Position numbers and translations under genes: made by a program
Notes under the pieces: model-generated
The model's input: only the letters and a program-made list of their open reading frames with translations
Database searches by the model: none
What the model was told of the DNA's origin: nothing
Shown here: positions 26,016 to 37,356 of the stretch, one piece after another
Numbering within the stretch: position 1 is the stretch's first letter
Layout: each line of letters begins with the position of its first letter
Source: Candidatus Eiseniibacteriota bacterium
GTDB taxonomy: Bacteria; Eisenbacteria; RBG-16-71-46; CAIMUX01; VGJL01
Assembly: GCA_041946735.1 (NCBI GenBank)
Contig: JBHGAY010000036.1
Coordinates: 1-40,923 of the forward strand
Reading direction: 5' to 3'
DNA length: 40,923 nucleotides

Positions 26016-26809
26016 AACACGACCTCAAAGATGCGTCCGATGGCCGTACGGCGCTTCGTGTGACGGCCGACTGGCCGGAAGTGCGAACGGACTACGAGGA
26101 CGTGGTCTCGGAATACATGCGCATGCCGGTGCCCGGCTTTCGGGCCGGAAGGGCGCCGCGCCATGTCATCGAGGCTCGTTATCGCCGCGACATCCGCGAG
26201 GACTTCATCGCCCGATGCGGACGCCGCCTCGCCCACCAGGTGTTGAGCGAGCGGAATCTCCACACGGCGGGCGGCATGGAGGTGGTGGAGAGCCACGCCG
26301 AGTCAGGGCAGGAGTTCTCGTTCACCGCCGAATGCGTCGTCCTCCCCCGCCTGGAGCTGCCCGACTATCGAAACGTTCCGCTCGCGGGGGCGTCCGATGA
26401 GGAGCGCCGCGACGAGATGAACGCCTGGCTGCTCCGAAACACCGCATGGAACCCGCCCGATCCGCTCGTTCGCAAAGAGTGCGAACGAGACGATCCTTCG
26501 AGCGCCGAGCCTGGGAGCGATGCGTGGCGGAGGGCAGAGGACCGCGTGAAGCTGATGTGGATCCTCGAGCAGATCGCCGAGGCCGAAGGGATCGAGTCGG
26601 AGCCGCGCGAGGTGGATCTCCGCATCGAGAAAATCGCCCACGAGACCAATGTCGACCCTCTCCAGCTACGCCACGAGCTCGGTGAGGAAGGGGTCGCCCG
26701 GCTGGAGACGCTGTTGCAGGCCGAGGAGACCCTGAGCTACCTGCTCACACTGGCCGACGCGCAGAAGAGCCGCGATGCGCGAAACGGCGGAACGGGAAAG
26801 GGGGGCTAG
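26012..26809 (+). CDS. Trigger-factor-like chaperone lacking the FKBP PPIase domain
   Basis: ATG at 26012 overlaps the anSME stop (ATGA). Ribosome-binding signature VPGFRAGRAP and FSFTAECVVLPRLELPDY lead almost directly to the C-domain AEDRVKLMWILEQIAEAEGI. 265 aa. Confidence 0.85.
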   Translation: MKHDLKDASDGRTALRVTADWPEVRTDYEDVVSEYMRMPVPGFRAGRAPRHVIEARYRRDIREDFIARCGRRLAHQVLSERNLHTAGGMEVVESHAESGQEFSFTAECVVLPRLELPDYRNVPLAGASDEERRDEMNAWLLRNTAWNPPDPLVRKECERDDPSSAEPGSDAWRRAEDRVKLMWILEQIAEAEGIESEPREVDLRIEKIAHETNVDPLQLRHELGEEGVARLETLLQAEETLSYLLTLADAQKSRDARNGGTGKGG

Positions 26810-26886
26810 GAATTGCGGGACCGTCCGTCTTGCACGGTTGGAACGTCCGAGTCGCAGGGAGAGGGGAAAGCCAATAGGAGGTCGCG

Positions 26887-28542
26887 ATGAGAAGGAAGGT
26901 CAGGAACCAGCGCAGGGCCAGGATCTCTCGTGCCGGAGCCTGGGCGGCTGTCGGCTCCGTGCTCGCCGTCGGAGCCCTCGTTATCAGCAATCCTGCGCGA
27001 GCGCAAACCGCCGCGCCGTCGACACCGGGAACGGATAGGCCAAACATCCTCGTCATCTTCGCCGATGATGTCGGCTGGTTCAACATCAGCGCCTACAACA
27101 TGGGGATGATGGGGTCGCGCACGCCGAACATCGATCGGATCGCCCACGAAGGGGCATTGTTCACCGACTACTACGGGCAGCAGAGCTGCACGGCGGGCCG
27201 GGCCGCGTTCATCACCGGACAGCATCCATTCCGGACCGGGCTGCTCAAGGTCGGGCTCCCTGGCGCCGCGCTGGGCTTGCAGGCCGGCGATCCGACGGTC
27301 GCCGATCTCCTGAAGAACCAGGGATACATGACCGGCCAGTTCGGCAAGAACCACCTGGGCGATCGCAACGAGTTCCTGCCGACGGTCCACGGCTTCGATG
27401 AGTTCTTCGGGAATCTCTATCACTTGAACGCCGAAGAGGAGCCGGAGGACCCGCAATACCCGAAGATGCCGGAGTTCAAGCAGCACTTCGGTCCGCGAGG
27501 CGCGCTGAAGACGTTCGCGACGGATCGTGACGATCCCACGATCGACCCCCGCTTCGGAAAGGTGGGGAAGCAGACGATCGAGGACACCGGTCCCATCACA
27601 CGCAAGCGGATGGAGACCGTGGAAGGGGAGTTCCTGACCGCCTCGCTCGCGTTCATCGACAAAGCCGTCCAGGCACACAAGCCGTTCTTCATCTGGCACA
27701 ACCCGACCCGCATGCACGTCTGGACCAGGCTGAGCCCGAAGTACGACGGCGTGACTCCCTACGGCCTCTACGCGGATGGAATGACAGAGCTCGACGACTG
27801 CGTCGGCGTGTTGCTCAAGAAGCTCGACGACCTGGGGATCGCGAACAACACGATCGTCGTCTTCTCGACCGACAACGGGGCGGAGAAGGCCTCGTGGCCG
27901 GATGGCGGCGCGTCGCCTTTCCGGGGAGAGAAGGGATCGACATGGGAAGGCGGCATGCGGGTGCCGTGCATGGTCCGCTGGCCGGGGGTGGTCAAGCCGG
28001 GCACCGTGATCAACGAGATCATGTCGCACGAGGACTGGACCCCGACATTCCTCGCCGCGGCCGGTGATCCCAACGTCAAGGAAAAGCTCCTGAAGGGGCA
28101 CACCTCGAACGGCAAGCTGTTCAAGGTCCATCTCGACGGCTACGACCAGCGTGCGCTGCTTGCCGGGACGGGGCCGAGCGGACGCCAGGAGATCTTCTAC
28201 TTCGATGACAACGGGAGTTTGAACGCCGTACGCATCCGCGATTGGAAGGCTCACTTCGCGATTTGCGGCAACTGGTACACGGGCGGCGTGGCAACGGTCC
28301 AGAACTTCCCCAAGCTGGTCAACCTTCGCATGGACCCGTTCGAGGACCACATCGAATTCACGGAGTCCCCAATGTACTACCGCTGGGCGGGGGACAAGCT
28401 GTGGGCGATGGTGCCGATGCAGGCGGTCGTCGGCCAGTTCCTGCAGACATTCAAGGAGTATCCGCAGAGGCAGCGGTCGGCCAGCTTCAACATCGACCAG
28501 GTGCTCGCGCAGCTGCAGCAAGGCACCGGTGGCGGCAGATGA
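26887..28542 (+). CDS. Exported Cys-type arylsulfatase (formylglycine-dependent), paralogue 1
   Basis: PNILVIFADDVG, TPNIDRIA, SCTAGRAAFITG (CxAxR), FGKNHLG, HGFDEFFG, STDNG, GEKGSTWEGG. Confidence 0.95.
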   Translation: MRRKVRNQRRARISRAGAWAAVGSVLAVGALVISNPARAQTAAPSTPGTDRPNILVIFADDVGWFNISAYNMGMMGSRTPNIDRIAHEGALFTDYYGQQSCTAGRAAFITGQHPFRTGLLKVGLPGAALGLQAGDPTVADLLKNQGYMTGQFGKNHLGDRNEFLPTVHGFDEFFGNLYHLNAEEEPEDPQYPKMPEFKQHFGPRGALKTFATDRDDPTIDPRFGKVGKQTIEDTGPITRKRMETVEGEFLTASLAFIDKAVQAHKPFFIWHNPTRMHVWTRLSPKYDGVTPYGLYADGMTELDDCVGVLLKKLDDLGIANNTIVVFSTDNGAEKASWPDGGASPFRGEKGSTWEGGMRVPCMVRWPGVVKPGTVINEIMSHEDWTPTFLAAAGDPNVKEKLLKGHTSNGKLFKVHLDGYDQRALLAGTGPSGRQEIFYFDDNGSLNAVRIRDWKAHFAICGNWYTGGVATVQNFPKLVNLRMDPFEDHIEFTESPMYYRWAGDKLWAMVPMQAVVGQFLQTFKEYPQRQRSASFNIDQVLAQLQQGTGGGR

Positions 28543-28657
28543 CCTGGGGCCGAGCCGGGTAGAGGAAATCCATGGATCCGCGGCCCCGCCCGATCCTCTT
28601 CCGGGAAGAGGCGGGGGCCGCGGAGATGGAAACGCGACATGGAAGGAGGGGCCGCGC

Positions 28658-30322
<1,665 letters not shown>

Positions 30323-30408
30323 CCTTCGGCCCCCTCCGTCACCGGTCGCGCGCGGCGCGCGGCCGGTGACAGGGGCGGGCAATCGCTTGGGAAGAAAGGG
30401 GGCGACCG

Positions 30409-31404
30409 GTGCGAGGAACACTTCTCGTCTGCCTGGTCTGCCTGCTCGCCGTTCTTGCGGTCACGTCCAGCGCCTTCGGGATCAACGCGCTGCCTTCGTG
30501 GAACGACCGGGCTTCAAAGGAGGCGATCGTCCAGTTCGTTGAGAAGACGACTCGTGAGGGGTCGCCGGACTTCGTCCCGCTGGATGAACGGATCGCGGTG
30601 TTCGACAACGACGGCACGTTGTGGGCCGAGCAGCCGATGTACTTCCAGTTCCTGTTCGCGTTGGATCGAGTGAAGTCGCTCGCGCCGCAGCATCCGGAGT
30701 GGCAGACGGACGAGCCGTTCGCTTCCCTGCTCAAGGGGGACGTCAGAGCCGCGCTCGCAGGCGGCGAGCACGATGTCGGCAAGCTGCTCATGGCGAGCCA
30801 CGCCGGCATGACCACGGACGAGTTCGAGAAGATCGTGAGCGATTGGATCGCGACCGCCAAGCATCCGAGAACCGGGCGTCTTCTGACAGAGATGGTCTAC
30901 CAGCCGATGCTCGAGCTTCTCGACTACCTGCGGGCAAACGGCTACAAGACGTACATCGTGTCCGGAGGTGGAGTCGAATTCCTGCGGCCGTGGGCCGAGA
31001 GGGTTTATGGCGTGCCCCCCGAGCAGATCGTGGGCAGCCGCATCAAGACACAGTACGAGATGCGCAACAGCAAGCCGGTTCTCGTCCGCATGCCCGACAT
31101 CGACTTCGTCGACGATGGACCCGGCAAGCCGGTCGGCATTGAGACGATCATCGGCCGCCGACCGATCGCGGCGTTCGGTAACTCCGACGGTGACCTGCAA
31201 ATGCTCGAGTGGACCGCGGCCGGTCCCGGCCCTTTCTTCTGCCTGTACGTTCACCATACGGACGCGGAGAGGGAGTGGGCCTACGACCGCGTCTCGCCGA
31301 TCGGGCGCCTCGATAAAGGTCTCGATGAAGCGCTCGCCAAAGGCTGGACGGTCGTGGACATGAAGACCGACTGGAAGAACGTCTTCGCGTTCGAGCAGCG
31401 CTGA
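30409..31404 (+). CDS. Exported HAD-family hydrolase (acid-phosphatase-like)
   Basis: Signal peptide; IAVFDNDGTLW (DxDGT), YIVSGGG, GKP, AFGNSDGDLQML. Confidence 0.92.
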   Translation: MRGTLLVCLVCLLAVLAVTSSAFGINALPSWNDRASKEAIVQFVEKTTREGSPDFVPLDERIAVFDNDGTLWAEQPMYFQFLFALDRVKSLAPQHPEWQTDEPFASLLKGDVRAALAGGEHDVGKLLMASHAGMTTDEFEKIVSDWIATAKHPRTGRLLTEMVYQPMLELLDYLRANGYKTYIVSGGGVEFLRPWAERVYGVPPEQIVGSRIKTQYEMRNSKPVLVRMPDIDFVDDGPGKPVGIETIIGRRPIAAFGNSDGDLQMLEWTAAGPGPFFCLYVHHTDAEREWAYDRVSPIGRLDKGLDEALAKGWTVVDMKTDWKNVFAFEQR

Positions 31405-31456
31405 TCGGAAGCAGGTGGGCGAGGCGAGAAGGACTCCGGCGCGTCAGCCGGGATCC

Positions 31457-31807
31457 TCAGCCTGCCGCATGGTGCAGCTCAAGGTCCTCGATCTGGATCA
31501 TGATCGCGGTCGCGCCTTCGTCGCTCCCCTTCTCGTGCGATTCCCCTTTGTCGAAGACCGCCCCCTGGCCGGCGAGGAGATCGACGCGGAGGCCGTCGCC
31601 ACCGGTCGCCCAGCCGGAGCCCTCGACGATGAGAAAGAGCTGCGGGAAACCGGCGACGTGCCGGCCGATTCGGCCGCCGGGCGCGAAGCGCACGCGATAG
31701 ACGCGCGTCGCGCCGCGACCGCTCGCGATCGGCACAGCGGTTGCCGCGATGCTCTCGTAGTCCTCGATCGCGCGCTCGCGCGCATCGCCGAAGCTCACGA
31801 TGCGCAT
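31457..31807 (-). CDS. Cupin domain protein
   Basis: FAPGGRIGRHVAGFPQLFLIVEGSGW...GQGAVFDKGESHEKGS. Confidence 0.8.
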   Translation of the reverse strand: MRIVSFGDARERAIEDYESIAATAVPIASGRGATRVYRVRFAPGGRIGRHVAGFPQLFLIVEGSGWATGGDGLRVDLLAGQGAVFDKGESHEKGSDEGATAIMIQIEDLELHHAAG

Positions 31808-32109
31808 GGCGTCTCGCTCGATCGACCAGCCCGGCAAGGTGATGCGGTCACGGAAGAGCATCCTACCGGTTCGGCGGTCCGTCCGGGAGACATGTCGTCC
31901 GCCCGACCTTCCCCGCCGCTTGCCCGTTCTCTGATGCTATGATCGTTCGGTCTTGCGTCTCGTAACGTCCGGGCAGGTTTTCCGAACTCGGGTTGCCTGG
32001 ACCTGGCGCGTGGCCGGGTCACCCGTGATCACGCAGCCCTCCCAGGCACGCGGGATGCGGGCGGCCATCCACCGGAATCGCTCGGGTACCAAGGGGGGCA
32101 AGCGAAGGA

Positions 32110-34275
32110 GTGCGGACGCGGAGAATCGAATCGATGGCGCCGACGATCGTCGCGATCGCAGGGATCGTCGCCCTCTGCTGGTTTCTCGCCTCGGCCCGCT
32201 ATCTGCTGTTCCATTCCGTCGCCGAGCTGCTCGGCATCGTCGTCGCGGCCGTCATCTTCGTCATCGCCTGGAACTCGTGGCGCTTCGCGCGCAACGGGTA
32301 CCTGCTCTTCCTGGGGATCGCGTCGGCGCCGATCGCCTCGCTCGACCTCATCCACACCCTCGCCTACCGCGGCATGGGGGTCTTCCCTGGGGCGGACGCG
32401 AATCTGCCGACCCAGCTCTGGATCGGCAGCCGGGCCCTGCAGGCGCTCGCCTTGCTGCTCGCCCCGCTCTTCCTGGGTCGCAGGCCGCGGCCATGGCGTT
32501 TCGCGGCCGGAGGCTGGGCGGTCACCGCGCTCGTCGCCGCGAGCATCTTCGCGGGCATCTTCCCCGACTGCTACGTCGATGGATCGGGCCTCACCCTCTT
32601 CAAGCGGATGAGCGAGTACGTGATCGTCCTTCTCATGCTTGCCTCGATCCCCCTCCTCCTCCGGCGGCGCGAGGAGTTCGATCCCCGGGTGCTCCGCCTG
32701 CTCGTCCTGTCGATCGCCCTCATGGCCGTCACGGACGTCACCTTCACCCTCTACGTCTCGGTGACCGACCTGTTCAACCGGCTCGGGCATCTGCTCAAGA
32801 TCGCCTCGGTCCTCTTCCTCTATGCGGCGATCGTGGAAACCAGCTTCCGCAAGCCGTACCACCTACTGCTCCGGAACCTGAAGACGAGCGAGGACGCCCT
32901 GGCGCTCGCGGTCGAACAGGAGGAAGCCGCCCGCCAGGCGGCCGAGGATGCGGCCGGCCGGCTGCGCGCGCTGAATGAGGATCTACGGGCGGTGAACGAG
33001 CGCCTCGCAGCGCAGTCGAGGGAGCTGCGGGCGCTCGCCCTCGACAATGCCCGCCTCTACAATGACGCGCGCGAGGCGAACGCCGCGAAGGATCAGCTTC
33101 TCGCCGTCGTCTCGCACGAGCTGCGCAATCCCCTTTCGCCCATCGTGACCGGAGTCGAGATCCTCTCGCACACGCTGCCGTCCGACTCCCCCGCTCACAC
33201 CACGCTCGACATCATCCGTCGCAACGCGCGGTTGCAAGCTCGCCTCGTCGACGACCTCCTCGATCTCTCGCGGATCTCCCGCGGCGGCCTCCCGCTGCAG
33301 CAAGCGCCGGTCGCCCTCGACGAAGTGGTCGAAGCCGCGTCGCGCGATCAGCGCGCGGCCGCCGAGGAGGCCGGAATCGACCTCCGCGTGCGGGCAGCGC
33401 AAGGAGGGCTCTACGTCCTCGGCGACGCCGACCGGCTCCGGCAGGTCGTCGTCAATCTTCTGACGAACGCGATCAAGTTCACTCCGGCGGGGGGAACGAT
33501 CGAGGTGCGGGTCGAGACCGATCCGGACACCGTCGGGACGGACGACGGATCGACGCCGACAGGAGCGACAGGCGCTCGCAAGCCGGAGGGCCGCCGCTTC
33601 GCCCGCGTCGTCGTCACCGACACCGGCGCCGGGATCGGCGCGGATCTGCTGCCGCGGATCTTCGAGCTCTTCCAGCAAGGAGAAGTGGCCGGACAACGCC
33701 GCCCCGGCCTCGGCCTCGGCCTCTCGCTCGTCAAATCGCTCGTCGAGAAGCAAGGGGGCCGCGTCCACGCGGCCAGCGAAGGGCCGGGGAAGGGAAGCCG
33801 CTTCACGGTCGAGCTTCCGCTCCTGCCGCCCGGCGCCGCCCCGGTCCGCAACGGATCGGCCCGCCCGGCCAGCGGATCGCGAGGCGAGCCGCTGCGGGTG
33901 CTCGTCGTCGAGGACAACGGCGACACGCTCGCGATGCTCTCCGAAGCGTTGCGGAGGCTCGGCCACGAGGTCCACGAGGCATCTTCCGGCGAGCAGGCGC
34001 TCGAGCGGCTGCGCGGGGACCCGCCCGACGTGCTACTGGCGGACATCGGCCTTCCGGGCATGGACGGCTACGAGCTGCTGCGCCGCGTTCGCGAAATCCC
34101 GGGGATGGCCGACGTCCCGGCGTTCGCGGTGACCGCGCGCGGGCGCGCAGACGACGTGCTGCAGGCGCTCGAGGCAGGTTTCGTCGGCCACTTCGTCAAG
34201 CCGGTCGACCTGCAGGCGCTGCACGACCGCCTGCTCGATTGCGTGTCGTCCCGGCAACCGCGCGATCCCTCGTAG
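32110..34275 (+). CDS. MASE3-domain hybrid sensor histidine kinase/receiver
   Basis: MASE3 start YLLFHSVAELLGIVV; H-box SHELRNPL; N-box NLLTNAIKFT; DTGAGI; GLGLGL; receiver domain VLVVEDN..DIGLPGMDG..KP. Confidence 0.93.
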   Translation: MRTRRIESMAPTIVAIAGIVALCWFLASARYLLFHSVAELLGIVVAAVIFVIAWNSWRFARNGYLLFLGIASAPIASLDLIHTLAYRGMGVFPGADANLPTQLWIGSRALQALALLLAPLFLGRRPRPWRFAAGGWAVTALVAASIFAGIFPDCYVDGSGLTLFKRMSEYVIVLLMLASIPLLLRRREEFDPRVLRLLVLSIALMAVTDVTFTLYVSVTDLFNRLGHLLKIASVLFLYAAIVETSFRKPYHLLLRNLKTSEDALALAVEQEEAARQAAEDAAGRLRALNEDLRAVNERLAAQSRELRALALDNARLYNDAREANAAKDQLLAVVSHELRNPLSPIVTGVEILSHTLPSDSPAHTTLDIIRRNARLQARLVDDLLDLSRISRGGLPLQQAPVALDEVVEAASRDQRAAAEEAGIDLRVRAAQGGLYVLGDADRLRQVVVNLLTNAIKFTPAGGTIEVRVETDPDTVGTDDGSTPTGATGARKPEGRRFARVVVTDTGAGIGADLLPRIFELFQQGEVAGQRRPGLGLGLSLVKSLVEKQGGRVHAASEGPGKGSRFTVELPLLPPGAAPVRNGSARPASGSRGEPLRVLVVEDNGDTLAMLSEALRRLGHEVHEASSGEQALERLRGDPPDVLLADIGLPGMDGYELLRRVREIPGMADVPAFAVTARGRADDVLQALEAGFVGHFVKPVDLQALHDRLLDCVSSRQPRDPS

Positions 34276-34366
34276 CCGCGGAAGCGGCGGCGGAGTCAGC
34301 CTGAGAGCCGCCTCGCGCCGCCGCCCACTATCGTCGCTGTCGTCGTGGCTACCGCTGCTGCCGCCG

Positions 34367-35428
34367 CTACCGGTACGTGGCCTTGATCCTTCCCCAGGTG
34401 CTCGGGAGCGTGGCCGCCGCCGGGATCTGCTCCTCCGGCACCGAAGAGGATTCCGTGACGGTCAGGATCACCGGCAGGCAGCGCGCGACTTCCGGCGCGG
34501 CGAGGCGCACCTCCGTCTCGTAAACGCCGGGAGCAAGGCCATGCGCGTCCGCGCTGACATAGAGATGGCCGAAGGCGTCGCCCGGCTCCTCGTCCACGAC
34601 GTACGCGCTCGCCCAGTCCGCAGCGACGGTGACCTCGTTCGGGCAGAGAGTGAAGTCCTCGCTGAGGGAGGAGTAGAGAACCGAGCCTTCCGCCGTCCCG
34701 CCCGAGGGCGCGGTCAGCTCCATCTGGTCCTCGTCGAACAGCGCGGCGCAGTACTCGAACGAGGCGCACTGGTAGCTGGTGAATTCGCAGGTCGTTCCCG
34801 CTTCGGCGCCGACGAGCGCGGGGCCATGGTGGTACCCATCGGGCGGGCACCCGAGATGGATCTCCGAGGGATACTCGAGCTCCAGCCGGCCGGGCCCGAG
34901 GACCTCGAAGTCGAAGCAAGCGATCAAGAGGATCGATCCCTCGATCACCGGGCAGGCGCCATACCATTCGGGAACCCATTCGAGCGACACGTCCAGCGAA
35001 TGCGAGCCCACCTCGGTGAAGTCACCGATCCCCCAGTAGTCCGCGTAGCCCTCCAGCTGCCACCCGTCGGGCCAGGTGATGCGGGTCGTGAGCCCGCCGA
35101 AGGGGTAGTGCTCATACTCGAGAGCGAGGGGATCGAAGAAGAGCAGGAATTGCAGGCGGCCTTCACTCGTGGTCGTCCGCTGGATCTCCCAGCAGTCCGT
35201 GATCGGGGAGTCCCTCCAGAAGTCGGTGTGCGGCTGGACATGGAGCAGAAGGGCGCACTCCGGGAGCGGATTCGCCTGACCGGCAGGAAGCGGGACGAGG
35301 AGCGAACCGCAGACGAGGCAAAGGACGAGGACCAGCCCGGACGACATCGCCCGGGATCTGCCCAACGATGCGCACCGGGAGACACGAGACGACACCGACG
35401 GTGAGACGTGAGACGACGGCCTTCGCAT
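34367..35428 (-). CDS. Secreted Cys-rich beta-sandwich protein with C-terminal STWGRIKATYR tail
   Basis: AAGGAGG SD before ATG 35428; hydrophobic signal ending AGQA; paralogous to 39833-40804. Confidence 0.8.
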   Translation of the reverse strand: MRRPSSHVSPSVSSRVSRCASLGRSRAMSSGLVLVLCLVCGSLLVPLPAGQANPLPECALLLHVQPHTDFWRDSPITDCWEIQRTTTSEGRLQFLLFFDPLALEYEHYPFGGLTTRITWPDGWQLEGYADYWGIGDFTEVGSHSLDVSLEWVPEWYGACPVIEGSILLIACFDFEVLGPGRLELEYPSEIHLGCPPDGYHHGPALVGAEAGTTCEFTSYQCASFEYCAALFDEDQMELTAPSGGTAEGSVLYSSLSEDFTLCPNEVTVAADWASAYVVDEEPGDAFGHLYVSADAHGLAPGVYETEVRLAAPEVARCLPVILTVTESSSVPEEQIPAAATLPSTWGRIKATYR

Positions 35429-35741
35429 GGCGACCTCCTTGCGAAACGGCGTCCGAACGATCTTCCCGCATGCGCGGCTCTGTCTCGGAACTGCCGGAGC
35501 GCTCGCCGTGCATCCGGAATGAAAACCGGCAGGAACAAGTGTATCACCGGTCGCGATCCGGGCCGCGCGCAGGATCTTCCCCGAGACCCCTAGGAGCCAC
35601 CGGCATGGGAGAGACCGAGTTGCGGCAGGGGGCTCCGGCCCGGGTTCGCCGCCATGCACGGGCTCGATTGCCCAACCCCGGATCCTTGTCGCGCCGCGCC
35701 GCGATGCGCTACGCTCCCCCGTTTTTCCGGAAGGAGGATCG

Positions 35742-36341
35742 ATGCATCGGATGAGTCCGCAGAACCGCCGCGCCGCGATCCCGGCGCTTTTCAGCGCCCT
35801 CCTGATCGGCCTTCTGATCGCCGGAGGCTGCAACGAGAAGTCGACCGAGCCGGAAGCGCCCGGTTCGTCGAACGACGTGGAGAGGGTGCCCGACTTCACG
35901 CTGCTGGATCAGAACCCCAACTCGGCGAGCTACCAGGACTCGATCTCCCCCCGGGAGTATGGCGGCGAGATCTCCTGCTGGTACTTCGGATCGGCCACCT
36001 GAGGCTACTGCCGTAGCCAGTTCGGCTACCTCGATCAGATGCAGAAGGAGATCGACGAGGCGACCGGGCCGGGGGCACGGCCGGTCCACATCCACGGGGT
36101 CAACGAGATCGGACGCGAGTCCGGCATCCCCGGGATGTGCGAAGGGCGCGTCCTTCCGCTCGTGCAGGACGACGAACAGGCGAAGGTGTGGGATCGCTGG
36201 GAGGTCACCTACCGCGACGTGGTGATCGTCGGACCGGACGGACAGCGGGTCGACGTCTACAACCTCACGCAACACGGCCTACAGGAGCCCGCGAACTACG
36301 ACACGCTGAAGGCTCGGATCCTGAGGATCGCCGCCCACTGA
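35742..36341 (+). CDS. Thioredoxin-fold (redoxin/AhpC-TSA-like) lipoprotein; predicted selenoprotein with UxxC (Sec at TGA 36000-36002)
   Basis: ORFs 35742-36002 and 36039-36341 are in the same frame. Readthrough gives PDFTLLD..WYFGSAT-U-GYCRSQFGYLDQMQ..IHGVN..LPLVQD..VW..W.VTYRDVVIVGPDG. AAGGAGG SD; signal peptide ending IAGG-C. Confidence 0.85.
36013..36029 (+). promoter_or_regulatory. Candidate bacterial SECIS hairpin
   Basis: GTAGCC-AGTTC-GGCTAC forms a 6-bp stem starting 10 nt after the UGA, with GU in the apical loop. Confidence 0.6.
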
Positions 36342-36389
36342 TTCGGCGAGGGCGCCGGAGATGCGCAGGCCGCACACCCTGCGGACGCT

Positions 36390-36425
36390 GCGCAGGCCGC
36401 GCAGGCCGCGCAGGCCGCGCACGCC
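36390..36425 (+). repeat. 9-nt intergenic tandem repeat
   Basis: GCGCAGGCC x3 plus GCGCACGCC, with a further copy at 36363-36371. Confidence 0.6.
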
Positions 36426-36468
36426 GCCACCGCCGGACGCCGTCTCGCAGCGACGGAGGGCGTAGACC

Positions 36469-37356
36469 ATGAGGAGACCGACCGCCGGGGGGCCAGGCGA
36501 CAGCGTCGAAGGCTCCCGCTACGGCCCCAGCGACGGCGCCGGCGTTCTCGAGGCCGAGGGCGTCGCAGACGGCGGCATCGAGGCGCAGGGCCTCCGCAAG
36601 AGCTTCGACGGCGCCGTCGCCGTCGACGTCGATCGCTTCTACGTCGCTCCCCGGACGACCCTCGCCCTGATCGGCCCGAGCGGCTGCGGGAAGAGCACGC
36701 TGCTCCGGCTCCTGATCGGCTTGGTCGACCCGGACGAGGGGACGATCCGCATCGGGCCGGTGCCGATGCAGCCCGCCACGCGCCGACGGCTGCGCCTTTC
36801 CATCGGCTACGTGATTCAGGAGGGAGGGCTCTTTCCCCATCTCACCGCCGGCGCGAACGTCACGCTGGTCGCGCGCGACATCGGATGGTCCCGCTTCCGG
36901 ATCGAGGAGCGGGTCGAGGAGCTGCTCGACCGCACGCGACTGACGCGGGCCCATCTCTCTCGCTATCCGGCGCAGCTGAGCGGCGGGCAGCGGCAGCGCG
37001 TCGCGCTGATGCGCGCGCTCATGCTCGATCCCGAGGTCCTGTTGATGGACGAGCCGCTCGCATCGCTCGATCCGATGATTCGCTCGGAGCTGCAGGAGGA
37101 GCTGCGCCTCGCCTTCGAGCGGTTGCGCAAGACGGTCCTGTTCGTGACGCATGACATGGCGGAGGCGGCCTACGTGGCCGAGGAGATCGCTCTCATGCGG
37201 GGCGGGCGGATTCTGCAGCGCGGCTCGCTCGCCGATCTGACCCGCCGGCCCGCGGATCCCTTCGTGACCGACTTTCTGCGCGCACAGAGGATCCTGCCGG
37301 CGGCAGGCGCGGAGCCATTGGCAGGCGGCGCGCACGAGCGAGATTCGGCGCGATGA
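36469..37356 (+). CDS. Osmoprotectant-type (OpuA/ProV/OsmV-like) ABC transporter ATPase
   Basis: GPSGCGKST, IGYVIQEGGLFPH, LSGGQRQRV, LLMDEP, FVTHD, PADPFV; GGAGG SD. Confidence 0.92.
   Translation: MRRPTAGGPGDSVEGSRYGPSDGAGVLEAEGVADGGIEAQGLRKSFDGAVAVDVDRFYVAPRTTLALIGPSGCGKSTLLRLLIGLVDPDEGTIRIGPVPMQPATRRRLRLSIGYVIQEGGLFPHLTAGANVTLVARDIGWSRFRIEERVEELLDRTRLTRAHLSRYPAQLSGGQRQRVALMRALMLDPEVLLMDEPLASLDPMIRSELQEELRLAFERLRKTVLFVTHDMAEAAYVAEEIALMRGGRILQRGSLADLTRRPADPFVTDFLRAQRILPAAGAEPLAGGAHERDSAR

Noticed and set aside
36000..36002. Simple nonsense pseudogene or alternative genetic code as the explanation for the TGA
   Set aside because: TGA serves as a normal stop in many genes here, so the code is not reassigned. 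The position at the redox Cys and the downstream hairpin favour selenocysteine over random inactivation.
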